From Corallococcus coralloides DSM 2259 (GTDB lineage Bacteria > Myxococcota > Myxococcia > Myxococcales > Myxococcaceae), in NCBI RefSeq assembly GCF_000255295.1, contig NC_017030.1, positions 5,974,328 to 6,038,327 on the forward strand: 64,000 nucleotides of DNA. Direction: 5' to 3'. The notes beneath the pieces are model-generated. The model did no database searches. It was not told the origin of the DNA and saw only the letters and a list, made by a program, of their open reading frames with translations. Of the stretch, positions 28,689-38,298 are shown piece after piece (within the stretch, counting starts at the first letter, position 1; the number at the start of each line of letters is the position of its first letter). The position numbers and the translations under genes are program-made.

Positions 28689-29219
28689 CTAGCGGGTGGC
28701 GGCCAGGAGGAACTCGGCCACCCGCTCCAGGGAGGTGGTGCGCTCGGCCTCCGCCGGGAAGCGCCGGAACACCTCCAGTGGCCCGTGGAGGATGAGCGGC
28801 TTGCCATAGCGCAAGGCCAGGACGGCCTCCGCGGCGGTGCCGGCGCCCCCGGGCAGCGCGACCAGCGCATGCGGCGTCAGCACGTTGATGTGGTTGCGGC
28901 TCATGGGGTCCGTGCCCTGCTCCCCGCTGAGCGGCAGGTGCGTGTAGATGGGGATTTCGATGTCCGTGTTCGGGTAGCCGGGCCGGGGCTGGTAGCGGCC
29001 ATCCGCGCCCACGGTGCCGGGGATGATGCCGATGGCCGCCCCCCGCCGCCCCTCCACCTGGACGAAGGCGCCCGCCGCCGCGCTCATGGCGCCGCCGCCC
29101 GCGCCGGTGAGCAGGTCGAACCCGGCCTCCGCGATCCACCGCGCCAGGGGGACGACCCACTCTTCGTGAGAGTGCGCCCCGGAGCCGAACACTCCGATGA
29201 TGCGGCGGTGTCTGCGCAT
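28689..29219 (-). CDS. LOG-family (TIGR00725-like) Rossmann-fold nucleotide-binding protein
   Basis: It has IGVFGSG near the N-terminus, then GAGGGAMSAAAGA and a PGGAGT motif. This is the lysine-decarboxylase-like/LOG fold. Confidence 0.75.
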   Translation of the reverse strand: MRRHRRIIGVFGSGAHSHEEWVVPLARWIAEAGFDLLTGAGGGAMSAAAGAFVQVEGRRGAAIGIIPGTVGADGRYQPRPGYPNTDIEIPIYTHLPLSGEQGTDPMSRNHINVLTPHALVALPGGAGTAAEAVLALRYGKPLILHGPLEVFRRFPAEAERTTSLERVAEFLLAATR

Positions 29220-29461
29220 GACTGCGTCCTCCCCGAAAAACTGGAACTACGTGAGCCCCTGTTCCATGCGAATCCCCGGCCAACGCCGCAAGGGCTCACG
29301 GACCGGCGTGCGTCCTGATTCCCGTCCACCCGTGGAAGGTGCGCGGCGCGAGCGTCGGCCAGCCGTCGCTTCCCTCCTCCCGGAGCGCCAGACGTTCCCG
29401 CACGACCCGTGATGTCGGACCCCTCCTCTACCTTCCTCGCAGGTGAGCAAGGAGGCTGCCC

Positions 29462-29767
29462 ATGTTCGACGCCTGTGGAGGTTGTGAGCGCCGTGGCACC
29501 GCCGGAGAGGTGTTCGACTGGTGCGCGCACTGCGAATTGTCCCTGTGCCCCGGCTGCCTCCAGCGCGGCTGCTGCGGCAGCGTGCCCGCGGACTCCGGGC
29601 GGGGCGCCCCCAGGGAGCTGCCCGACCCGCCACCTCCCGAGCGGGAGGCCCTGCCGGAGGACTTCGGGGGCCGCTGCTGCACGCGCGCCCGCGCGGTGGC
29701 GTGCTCCTGCGCCTTCCACTGGGTCTGCACGCGCCACGGCGACCTGCACGTGGGCACCCACGACTGA
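29462..29767 (+). CDS. Small Cys-rich protein (101 aa, about 15 Cys), a possible zinc-ribbon protein
   Basis: CxxC-type spacing is visible in CGGCERRG...CAHCELSLCPGCLQRGCCG. There is a competing off-frame ORF at the same locus. The call is weak. Confidence 0.3.
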   Translation: MFDACGGCERRGTAGEVFDWCAHCELSLCPGCLQRGCCGSVPADSGRGAPRELPDPPPPEREALPEDFGGRCCTRARAVACSCAFHWVCTRHGDLHVGTHD

Positions 29768-29854
29768 GGGCGTTGACACACGGGCGGCCTGTCCACGAGG
29801 TTTCCGCCTGCTTTCAGGCATTCCCGCCCGGACACAGCACGGAGCACGAACACC

Positions 29855-30247
29855 ATGGGTCTCGCCGAACGGTCGGAACTTGCCGCGTTCAAGAAGGACT
29901 CCCTCGACGCGAAGGTGGCGGAGCTGAAGGAGGCCGCGGCGGGCGCGGACATCCAGGTGACGCTGGACGAGGCGAGCTTCACCAGCACGGCCGCCATCCA
30001 GATGCTCTCCAACGGCGTCTTCGACCGGCTCATCGACGACATGAAGTCCGTCTGTAGCGACGCCATCGGAAAGCAGGCCGTCCGGGAAGGCCTCCAGACG
30101 TTGCACATCGTCCACAAGGACGCGCCGGGCTTCACGCTGGAGCTGACGGGCGGCACGCTCACCCTGCGCGCGAAGCTGGACGGCTCGCTCGGCGAGGACC
30201 TGCCGGGCTACGGCCAGTACAGGGCCTTCCTGCTGAAGAAGCTGTAG
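29855..30247 (+). CDS. Hypothetical protein (130 aa)
   Basis: It is an intact ORF in an otherwise gene-free gap. Its composition is normal. Confidence 0.45.
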   Translation: MGLAERSELAAFKKDSLDAKVAELKEAAAGADIQVTLDEASFTSTAAIQMLSNGVFDRLIDDMKSVCSDAIGKQAVREGLQTLHIVHKDAPGFTLELTGGTLTLRAKLDGSLGEDLPGYGQYRAFLLKKL

Positions 30248-30320
30248 GGCCCACACGGCTTCACGGACCGGAGGGACGCTTTGTCAGCGGTGTCCTCCGG
30301 CCCGGGTCATTCCGTCTGGC

Positions 30321-33300
30321 TCAGGGCACGTCCAGCGCGACGCCCTGCCCCGGGACGGCCATCACCCAGCGGACGACGTCCGGCTTGCCGCCGCAGGTGA
30401 CGCGCACCTCGAACTCGCGCCCCGCGGGCATCTGGCTGGACAGGGGCGTCTGGCCCTCCAGCACCTGCGAGCCCAACGCCACGCGGCAGCCCTGGGCACC
30501 GGTGACGCTGAGCGTGCCCCGGGCATCCGCCTGGGGCGGGGCGTCCGCGAGCGTGCGCAGGTCGATGTGCTCCGACTTCGGCACCTTGCCGAAGCGGTGC
30601 AGCTTGCCGTCCACGGCCGTGGAGATGAGCCAGCCGGAGGTGCCCTCGGGCAGGCCCTGGCTCGCATCCAGCCGCACGCCGGACACGTAGACGCGCTCGC
30701 CCTCCTGGGCGTTGCGCACCTCCACGCCGCCCTTGGGCAGCAGGAACACCAGCGCGAGCCCCGCGAGCACCAGGCCCACGCCCCCCACGATGAGCCCCTT
30801 GCGCTGGCCGGGCGTTATGCCCTTCCCCGTCGCTTCGGCGGCGGGCGCGGAAGCCGCGGAGGAGACCGCGTGGACGGGGGCCGGCGGCGCGGCCACGGGA
30901 GCCGCCGGAGGCCGCGCGGGAGGAGCCACGGGGGCCGTGACCGGCGGAGGCGGCGGCGCGGACATGGGCGCGGGGGGGTGTCCCCCATAGGCCGCGTGGG
31001 TGCCCGTCGTCGGCGACGCATGGGAGCCCAGGGGCGGCTGCTGAGGGGCGCTTCCCTGCGGTGCGTGGGCGGCACCGTATTGCGCGTGGGTGCCTCCATG
31101 CTGCGGCGGGGGCGGCACGGCGGACACAGGGGGCGGCGGCGGGGCCGCGGTCAGGGGGGCGACGGAGGGCACCGACACCGACGGACGCGCGGGCGCCTGC
31201 GGTGGGGGGCCCACGCGCGTGGGCACGTTGGCGGACGCCGCGGGGCGCACCGCGGTGGGCGGCGGCAGCGGCGACGTGGGCGAAGCCGCGGCAGGGCGCG
31301 ACGGACGGGGCGCGGCCACGGGCGGTGCCACCGGAGGCGCGGCGGCCACGGGCGGCGCCACCGGGGGCGAGTTGACGGAGACGACCTCGGTTCCGCGCTC
31401 GGCGGGCTCCGGCGGGGAGGCCACCGGGGGCGGCTCCATCCGGGGCATGCTGCCGGAACCGCCGCGCACGGGCGGCCGGGACAGGTCCGACGGGGCCCGC
31501 ATGTCGCTGCCCGAGCCCGTGCCCGGGTTGCGCGAGTGCGAGCCCGTCCCCGGCATCAGCGCCCGGGGGTTGGAGCCCGTCCCCGAGCCGGCGATGGACG
31601 ACGGCGCGTACTCGGAGAGCCGGTCGCCCAGCGCCTCCTTGAAGAACTGCGCCACCGACGCGGGCGACGAGGACAGCCGGTGGTGCGCGATGACGGCCTC
31701 GATCTCCTCGCGCATCGCCGCCGCGGAGGGCGTGCGCCGCGCCGGGTCCTTCACCAGCGCGCGGAGGATCAGGTCCGACACGTCCTGCGGGATGTGGGGC
31801 CGCAGCTGCGAGGGCACCGGCGCGGGCTCGCGCACGATGGCCGCGAGCGTGGCCGCGTCATGATCCCTGCGGAACGGCAGCTGGCCGGTGAGCAGTTCGA
31901 AGAGCACCACGCCCAGCGCGAACACGTCGTTGCGCCAGTCCAGCGGGCGGCCGCTGGCGGCCTCCGGGGAGAGGTACGAAATCTTCCCCTTGATGACGCC
32001 CGCCTGCGTGTGCTCCTCGCCCTGCACCTTGGCGATGCCGAAGTCCGACAGCTTGATGGCGCCGTCCAGCGACACCAGCACGTTGTGGGGGCTGACGTCG
32101 CGGTGCACCACCGGGTGCGCCGTGCCGGACGGGTCCACGTAGCTGTGCGCGTAGTGCAGGCCCGCGGCCACCTCCGCCACGATGCGCAGCGCGTGCTCCA
32201 GCGGCAGCGCCATGCCCTTGCGGCGCAGCTCCGTGAGCAGGCGCTTGAGGTCCGGGCCGCGCACGTACTCCATCAGGATGTACGCCACGCCGTCCGTCAC
32301 GCCCACGTCGAAGGTCTGCACGACGTTGGGGTGCGTGAGGCGCGCGTTGGCGCGGGCCTCCGCGAAGAGCATGTCGACGAACTCAGGATTCTCAGCGAAC
32401 TGCGCGAGAATCTTCTTCATCACCACGAACTTCTCGAAGCCCTTCACGCCCTGCTGCTTGGCGAGGAAGACCTCCGCCATGCCGCCCTGCCCCAGCCGGC
32501 GGATGATCTGCAGCCGCGCGCTGTTGTTGTGCGTGTCCGTGGCTGACGAACCCCGGGCGCCGGGGTCCTGGTTCGTGGAGCCGAAGAGGTACTGGCTGAG
32601 CGCGCGCTGCTCCAGCGCCTCGATGTCCTCCAGCGGCTTGTCGGTGAGCGGCGTGCGCGCGAGCAGCCCCTGGAACTGCGCGAGCGCCGGAGCCCGGGCG
32701 CTGCCGCCGCAGACGGGGCACACGCGCTCCATGGTGCCCTTGGCGCGCAGCACCTCCAGGTACTCGGAGGTCTGGATGCGCTGGTGGGTGACCTGACCGC
32801 AGTTGCGGCAGTCACACGGCAGCCACAGCGTGGCCAGCTTCGCCGGCAGCGCCTTGGTGGACTTCGCCAGCACCGCCAGCAGCGGCGGCGGAACGCGGCA
32901 GAGCACCACCTGGGCGCCCTGCGACGCCACCTCCAGCACCTGTTCGATGCGCGGCAGCGCTTCCTGCTCCACCACGCTCACGTGGCAGCAGTCGAACGCG
33001 ACGCGCCCCTCCAGGCCGGACGCCAGCCGGCGCACGTTGAGGTCGGCCTTGAGCGTGCTGGCCAGGGTGATGAAGGTGATGTCGTCCTGGACGATCTTCA
33101 GGTGCGACGCGAGCTCGGACGGCTCCGACGGGATGCCGGAGCGCAGGTAGCGCAGCACCGCCGGATCCACCGCGGAGAACTGCTGGCGGCGCGCGAAGTC
33201 GAAGAACTCCGTGGGCTCGTCCGCGAACTCCAGCGGCTGGGCGCACACCGGACACTGGTGCGGCGGGGCCCCGCCCTGCTCCAGCACCTTCGCCTCCTCC

Positions 33301-33671
33301 ACCAGGCGGACCAGCCGCAGCCGGTCCTCCTTGCAGAAGCGGCACGTGTACGGCGCCAGCAGCGAGAGCACGCGCGCGACGCCCGCGAAGCCCTCCACCA
33401 TGTTGAGCTGATCCACCACCACCGGCGGCGCGTTGACGACGTACAGCCCCGACACGCCCTGCGGCGGGTGGCCGGCGAACTCAATCCACCGGCGCACACC
33501 GAAGGAGCTGATCCGCTCCACCAGGCCCAGGTCCACCACCACCAGGCCCTGGATGCCCTTGGAGGCCGGTGAGAGGGGGAAGGTTTCGTCGATCACCCCG
33601 GCCACGCGCACGTGGGTCAGACTGCCCACGCGCAGGGAGGTGATGCTGGCATTGGAAGTTTGGCTCTCCAC
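30321..33671 (-). CDS. Hanks-type Ser/Thr protein kinase (1116 aa). Domain order: tandem STAS-like domains each followed by a C4 zinc ribbon, the kinase domain, a Pro-rich linker, a transmembrane helix, and a C-terminal periplasmic beta domain.
   Basis: Kinase motifs present are GQGGMAEVFLAK (Gly loop), VMK, HRDVSPHNVLV, DFGIA and SPE. The N-terminal region reads ...ITSLRVGSLTHVRVAGVIDETF...CRFC...CPVC, and again ...ITFITLASTLKADLNV...CDCRNC...CPVC. The transmembrane helix is LIVGGVGLVLAGLALVFLL. Confidence 0.9.
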   Translation of the reverse strand: MESQTSNASITSLRVGSLTHVRVAGVIDETFPLSPASKGIQGLVVVDLGLVERISSFGVRRWIEFAGHPPQGVSGLYVVNAPPVVVDQLNMVEGFAGVARVLSLLAPYTCRFCKEDRLRLVRLVEEAKVLEQGGAPPHQCPVCAQPLEFADEPTEFFDFARRQQFSAVDPAVLRYLRSGIPSEPSELASHLKIVQDDITFITLASTLKADLNVRRLASGLEGRVAFDCCHVSVVEQEALPRIEQVLEVASQGAQVVLCRVPPPLLAVLAKSTKALPAKLATLWLPCDCRNCGQVTHQRIQTSEYLEVLRAKGTMERVCPVCGGSARAPALAQFQGLLARTPLTDKPLEDIEALEQRALSQYLFGSTNQDPGARGSSATDTHNNSARLQIIRRLGQGGMAEVFLAKQQGVKGFEKFVVMKKILAQFAENPEFVDMLFAEARANARLTHPNVVQTFDVGVTDGVAYILMEYVRGPDLKRLLTELRRKGMALPLEHALRIVAEVAAGLHYAHSYVDPSGTAHPVVHRDVSPHNVLVSLDGAIKLSDFGIAKVQGEEHTQAGVIKGKISYLSPEAASGRPLDWRNDVFALGVVLFELLTGQLPFRRDHDAATLAAIVREPAPVPSQLRPHIPQDVSDLILRALVKDPARRTPSAAAMREEIEAVIAHHRLSSSPASVAQFFKEALGDRLSEYAPSSIAGSGTGSNPRALMPGTGSHSRNPGTGSGSDMRAPSDLSRPPVRGGSGSMPRMEPPPVASPPEPAERGTEVVSVNSPPVAPPVAAAPPVAPPVAAPRPSRPAAASPTSPLPPPTAVRPAASANVPTRVGPPPQAPARPSVSVPSVAPLTAAPPPPPVSAVPPPPQHGGTHAQYGAAHAPQGSAPQQPPLGSHASPTTGTHAAYGGHPPAPMSAPPPPPVTAPVAPPARPPAAPVAAPPAPVHAVSSAASAPAAEATGKGITPGQRKGLIVGGVGLVLAGLALVFLLPKGGVEVRNAQEGERVYVSGVRLDASQGLPEGTSGWLISTAVDGKLHRFGKVPKSEHIDLRTLADAPPQADARGTLSVTGAQGCRVALGSQVLEGQTPLSSQMPAGREFEVRVTCGGKPDVVRWVMAVPGQGVALDVP

Positions 33672-33675
33672 CCGC

Positions 33676-34518
33676 CTACCCTCGTTCCAGACTGAACAGC
33701 AGCGACTTGGGCTGCGCGGCCCGGCGGCGAGCGTCGCCCAGGTCCACCCCGCAGGCGAACTGCGTGCGCTTTCCCGGAGTCACCCGCACCGCCACCACGT
33801 CGCTGTGCTCCAGGATGCGCCGCAAACCCAGGCCCGCGCCACCACCCGAAGCATCCACCTGCGCCTTCTCACCCCAAGCCTTCACGACCCGCACCAACGG
33901 TGACACCGACAGGCGGCCGAAGCGGTCCGTTGCCTCCAGCCACGCTCGGCCATCCGCCACCGCCCAGGACAGCAGGCAGCGATCATCATCCGCCACCGAC
34001 TGCACCTGGCCGCGCCGATGGGCGTACTTCGGCTCGCCGCTTCCGTCCACTGGCGCGTCGAGCAGGGCGTTCACTCCAATCTCATGGACGACATCCGCCA
34101 CCCGGCTGGCCGCGCCCTTGGAGCCGCCGGCCTGGAGGACGGCCTCGGCCGCGCGCTCGCCCACGGCCGTCACCTCCGCCACGCTGCCCAGCCACGCCAC
34201 GGACGTGGCGGCCTCCTGGGGGATCATGGGCTCGCCGCGCAGCAGCGCGCTCAACAGCCGCGCCTCCCAGGCGGACGGCTGGCCGCCCTCGCGGGTGGCC
34301 AAGAGCAGCGCCGGAGGACGGCGTTCCAGGAGCGCGGCGTGGGCGGGGGTGAACCGCCCGTCGAACAGCACCAGCCGCGGCGCCGCGTCGTCACCGCGCC
34401 CCAACAACAGGCCGTCCCGGGCCAGCACTCCGGAGGCCTTCTCCAGCGCCTCCGGCGTGAGCGTCGTGTCCGGCGTCAACTTCAGGGGAGCATCCTTCAC
34501 GGCGGCGACGGTATCCAA
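33676..34518 (-). CDS. Hypothetical protein (280 aa). Its stop is 4 nt before the kinase start.
   Basis: The ORF is tightly coupled to the downstream kinase gene. I recognised no motif. Confidence 0.55.
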   Translation of the reverse strand: MDTVAAVKDAPLKLTPDTTLTPEALEKASGVLARDGLLLGRGDDAAPRLVLFDGRFTPAHAALLERRPPALLLATREGGQPSAWEARLLSALLRGEPMIPQEAATSVAWLGSVAEVTAVGERAAEAVLQAGGSKGAASRVADVVHEIGVNALLDAPVDGSGEPKYAHRRGQVQSVADDDRCLLSWAVADGRAWLEATDRFGRLSVSPLVRVVKAWGEKAQVDASGGGAGLGLRRILEHSDVVAVRVTPGKRTQFACGVDLGDARRRAAQPKSLLFSLERG

Positions 34519-34526
34519 ACAGGGCC

Positions 34527-37151
34527 CTAATAATGGAGCCGGACTTCGGTGAAGACGCCCAGCGGCGGGGCGGGGAAGCCGTGGGACTCCTCGTACTTCG
34601 CGTTGAAGAGGTTGGTCCCCAACAGCGACACCGCCACGCGCTCGTGGACGTTGAAGCCCACACGCGCGGTCGCGGTGATGTAGCTGGGCAGCTTCACGCG
34701 GGTGGTGGTGCCGGCGTTCTCGTCCACCACGAAGCCCGGATCGTACCGGGCGCCCACGAACAGGCCGTAGAGCTCCACGAAGGCGAACTTGCCGATGTTG
34801 GTGCGGCCGCGCAGGTAGACGCGGTGGCTGGGCGCGTAGTCCAGCGGGTAGCCGGCCCCGCCGCCCACCGGCAGCGCCTGGGCGTCCAGGAACTGGTAGG
34901 CCACGTCGAAGGACGAGTTGATGGACGGCACCTGCGCCGCGGCTTCCGCCTCGAAGCCCGCCACGCGCGCGTCGCCCAGGTTCTTGAACTGGGACGTAGA
35001 GCCGAAGAGGAGCTCCTGATTGATGAAGTTGCGGGCGCGGTTGTAGAAGCCCGTGCCCGTCAGGCGCACCCTGCGGTCCAGCGGCCAGAAGTCCACCGCC
35101 GCCTCCACCGTGTCCAGCGTCTCCGCGCGCAGGGCCGGGTTGCCCAACAGCGTCGCGGCGTACATCTGCTGGTTGATGGCCAGCTCCGCCAGCGTGGGCG
35201 CGCGGAAGGCGCGGCCGTAGTTGGTGCGCAGCGTGAGCAGCTCCGGGATGGCGTGGAACACGACGCTGGCGCGCGGGGACACCTGATCCGTCTTCGCCTC
35301 CCAGACCTTGGAGGGGATCTGGTAGTTGTCGTAGCGGGCGCCCGCGCCCACCACCAGCCGCTCCGTGATGCGGTACTCGGCGTCCACGAAGCCGCCCACG
35401 ATGGTCTGCTTCGTGTCGTCCAGGGTCAGGCCGGGCAGAATGTTCTGGTTGTTCACCTGGTCGGCCTTGATGTCGCCGCCGACGGTGACGGAGAGCTTGT
35501 CCAGGGAGAACAGGGCGCGCGCCTCACCGCCCAGGCGGCTGCGCTTGCCGAGCGTGTCCTCCAGCGCGCCGGTGATCTCATTCTCCAGCGTCACGTTGCG
35601 GCGCTTGAAGAACGCGTAGCCCTGGGCGAACACGCGCACGTTGTCCGTCACCTGCTGATCCAGCTGCAGGGCGGCGTTCAGGTTCTGGACGTGCTCGTTG
35701 TCCTGCGCGGTGTAGTGGCAGCGGCCGCAGTTGCCCACGGTGGAGATGTTCTGACCGCCGGGCCGGCCGATGTTGCCGTCCGTGAAGTCCGCGTCCAGCG
35801 CGAGGGGGCCCACGCGGACCTTGCCGTTCACCTGGTGGACCAGCGAGTCCTCGTTGGTGTCCGTCTGGTTCAGCTGCGGGTTGTTGAAGAGCTGCGGGCC
35901 GTCCGAGCCGAAGCCGTAGTAGCCGAGCAGCGCCTCCACCGGGCCGCCGCGGCCGGCGACGTTGGTCTGCAGGCGCCAGGTCTTGTCCTGGCCCGCGAGG
36001 ATGCGCGCGTCGGCGCCCACGTTCTGGCCCTTGGCGATGAGATCCGCGGGCTGGCGCTCGATGATGTTGATGACGCCGCTGAAGGCGTTGGAGCCGTAGA
36101 GCGAGGAGCCCGGGCCGCGGATGACTTCCACCTGCTTCAGGTTGGTGAGCGGCGTCGTCTCATCCGCGTAGAACTGGCCCGTCCACGGGTCCGTCAGCGG
36201 ACGGCCGTCCTTGAGGAGCAGGAGGCGGTTGGACAGGTAGTTGGAGCCCAGGCCGCGCGCGCTCACCGCCGCCTTGCGCATGGAGCCCCGGCGGCACTCC
36301 ATGCCGGGGAAGTACTGGATGGCCTCGCAGAGCGAGAACTGGCCGGTGCCTTCCAGTTCCTCCGCGGGAATCCAGGACACCGTGAGGGGCACGTCGGAGA
36401 TGCGCTGGCTGCGCTTGGACGCCGTGGTGACGACGGCCTCGCTCAGCGCCAGGTTGATGTTCTGCTCCAGGTCGTCGCCACCGCCCAGGTCCGGGCCGTC
36501 CAGGCCGGAGAGGCTGGAGGGCGGCGGCAGCGCGCGGTCGGTGGTGGGCTCCGTGAAGGGCGCGCGGTCCGGGACGTTGTCCGCCGTGCGCGGCTGCGAC
36601 GCCGGCAGCATCGCGCCGGTCCCCAGCGCGGGCGCGGGCGGCGGGTTGGACGGGATGTCCGACGTCAGCGGCCCGTCATATGGCGACGGCGAGGCGGGCG
36701 AGGCCACGGGCAGCGGATCCGACACGGACGGCCCCGGGCCGACCATGGGTGCGGGAGGCGCGGGCTGCGGCTCGGCGGCGAGCGCCGGCTCCTGCGGCGA
36801 GACGGGCTCGTCCGTGGGAACGGGCTCCACGTCCACCGGCGGGGGCGGCGTCTTCGCGCCCCGGCGCGTCTTCGCCGTGCGCGGAGGCTTCGTCCCCGGG
36901 GTGGCCTTGGCGCCCGGAGTGGCGGGCTTGGCGCCCGGGGTGGTGGCCGCGCGCTTGCGCGGGGCCTTGGTCTTCGTCTTGGGGGCGGGCTCCTGGGCCT
37001 CCTGGGCCTGGGCCGTCTCCATTGCGAAAAGGGACAGGGCGCAGACCACCAGGGTGAGGCACGCGCGCGCGCCCAGCCGACCGGCAAACCCCTTCACCGC
37101 GTTGGTGCGCGATCCACCGTACTCAGTCGAGTCCATCGTTCTCAATTCCAC
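34527..37151 (-). CDS. TonB-dependent outer-membrane receptor with a low-complexity Pro/Ala/Lys/Thr-rich N-terminal extension of about 200 aa
   Basis: It has a signal peptide (...CALSLFAMETAQA). The plug region reads VVTTASKRSQRISDVPLTVSWI ... IEVIRGPGSSLYGSNAFSGVINII. The C-terminus is a beta-barrel ending EVRLHY. Confidence 0.85.
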   Translation of the reverse strand: MELRTMDSTEYGGSRTNAVKGFAGRLGARACLTLVVCALSLFAMETAQAQEAQEPAPKTKTKAPRKRAATTPGAKPATPGAKATPGTKPPRTAKTRRGAKTPPPPVDVEPVPTDEPVSPQEPALAAEPQPAPPAPMVGPGPSVSDPLPVASPASPSPYDGPLTSDIPSNPPPAPALGTGAMLPASQPRTADNVPDRAPFTEPTTDRALPPPSSLSGLDGPDLGGGDDLEQNINLALSEAVVTTASKRSQRISDVPLTVSWIPAEELEGTGQFSLCEAIQYFPGMECRRGSMRKAAVSARGLGSNYLSNRLLLLKDGRPLTDPWTGQFYADETTPLTNLKQVEVIRGPGSSLYGSNAFSGVINIIERQPADLIAKGQNVGADARILAGQDKTWRLQTNVAGRGGPVEALLGYYGFGSDGPQLFNNPQLNQTDTNEDSLVHQVNGKVRVGPLALDADFTDGNIGRPGGQNISTVGNCGRCHYTAQDNEHVQNLNAALQLDQQVTDNVRVFAQGYAFFKRRNVTLENEITGALEDTLGKRSRLGGEARALFSLDKLSVTVGGDIKADQVNNQNILPGLTLDDTKQTIVGGFVDAEYRITERLVVGAGARYDNYQIPSKVWEAKTDQVSPRASVVFHAIPELLTLRTNYGRAFRAPTLAELAINQQMYAATLLGNPALRAETLDTVEAAVDFWPLDRRVRLTGTGFYNRARNFINQELLFGSTSQFKNLGDARVAGFEAEAAAQVPSINSSFDVAYQFLDAQALPVGGGAGYPLDYAPSHRVYLRGRTNIGKFAFVELYGLFVGARYDPGFVVDENAGTTTRVKLPSYITATARVGFNVHERVAVSLLGTNLFNAKYEESHGFPAPPLGVFTEVRLHY

Positions 37152-37371
37152 GAGGGGGAAGCAGGGATGTCCGCGGTCGTTGCGCCAGGAACCAGTGCCG
37201 GTGTGGCTGGCAATCGTTCTCAGGGACGAGTTTCCACCCCTGAACGGTGGCGTTCCGCTCGACTTCTCAAATTACCGCAATAACTCGCCTTAGGCCAAGT
37301 CATGGCTGTCGATCGCGGTGAAACACACGCACGGTGGCTGGGCGCCGTGCGCGGATCAACTCACGCCGCAA

Positions 37372-38298
37372 TCAGTCATCCGGCTGTTCGGCGGAGACGG
37401 ACAGGTCGTCCGCGAACGGCGGCAGGGCAGGACCCAGCGACTCGGACTGGACGAGCACGGGCGTCTCCACCCGCAGGTCGGGGGCGTCCGCGAGGACGGG
37501 CTGACGGCGCGGGGGGCCCTGGGTGACGAGCTTCCGGAAGTCCTCGAACTCGCGGCCCTGGATGCGGGCGAAGGCGTCGAACGGGGCGACCGCACCCACG
37601 GAGGACAGGGACTGGGACAACGCGTCTCCCCCGCCCTTCAGGTCCACCAGCACGGCGCCCGGCACCCGGCTGCTCTTGAAGAGCACCCGCATGTCCCTGG
37701 GCACGTGCGCCACCGGGACGAGCGCGGCCTCCGCGCCCTTGGCCTCCAGCATCTTCACCGCCGACTCCACGTTGGGCACCGGCACCAGCTTGAAGTGCTT
37801 CTGGGCATCCAGGTCACCGCCCAGCACGACGTGGGAGACGAACTTGGGGTCCGCGGAGCCCGCGCCCTTGACCAGCGCCATGCGCTTGCCGGCGAGGTCC
37901 TTCACGGTGCCCTTCTGGAGGGAGATGATGGCCCAGCGCTGCTGCGTCTCACCGGCGCGCGGCGCGTACGCCACCGGCTCCGCCTTGGCGCCCAGCTGCA
38001 CCGCGGCCCAGCCATCCACCACGGCGAAGTCGAGCTGCCCCTCCCCCACCGCCTTGGAGAAGTCCTCGTAGCGGCCGAAGCTCTTGGCGCCGACGGGGCG
38101 GCCCAGGCTGGCCTCCAGCTTCTGGGCGAGCGCCTCCGCGTACTGGAAGCGCTCCTGGCCGTCCGACAGCGTGGTGGCGAGGAACACGCCCAGCGTGGCC
38201 TTCTTCGGCGCGGCGGAAGCGGGGCTGGCAACGGAAACGGCGAACAGCGCGGCGGCGAGCAGGAGGCTCCCCCGCGCGACAAGGGATGGCGTCTTCAC
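37372..38298 (-). CDS. PhnD/SsuA-like periplasmic substrate-binding protein (phosphonate/phosphite ABC-type SBP fold)
   Basis: It starts at a GTG that overlaps the upstream TPR stop (GTGA). It has a signal peptide (MKTPSLVARGSLLLAAALFAVSVASPASA). No cognate permease or ATPase gene is adjacent. Confidence 0.65.
   Translation of the reverse strand: MKTPSLVARGSLLLAAALFAVSVASPASAAPKKATLGVFLATTLSDGQERFQYAEALAQKLEASLGRPVGAKSFGRYEDFSKAVGEGQLDFAVVDGWAAVQLGAKAEPVAYAPRAGETQQRWAIISLQKGTVKDLAGKRMALVKGAGSADPKFVSHVVLGGDLDAQKHFKLVPVPNVESAVKMLEAKGAEAALVPVAHVPRDMRVLFKSSRVPGAVLVDLKGGGDALSQSLSSVGAVAPFDAFARIQGREFEDFRKLVTQGPPRRQPVLADAPDLRVETPVLVQSESLGPALPPFADDLSVSAEQPDD

Noticed and set aside
30567-32546. A 659-aa plus-strand ORF inside the Ser/Thr kinase locus
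   Set aside because: It is antisense to the kinase catalytic domain, which has all Hanks motifs. Its product is a poly-R/G/H low-complexity sequence.
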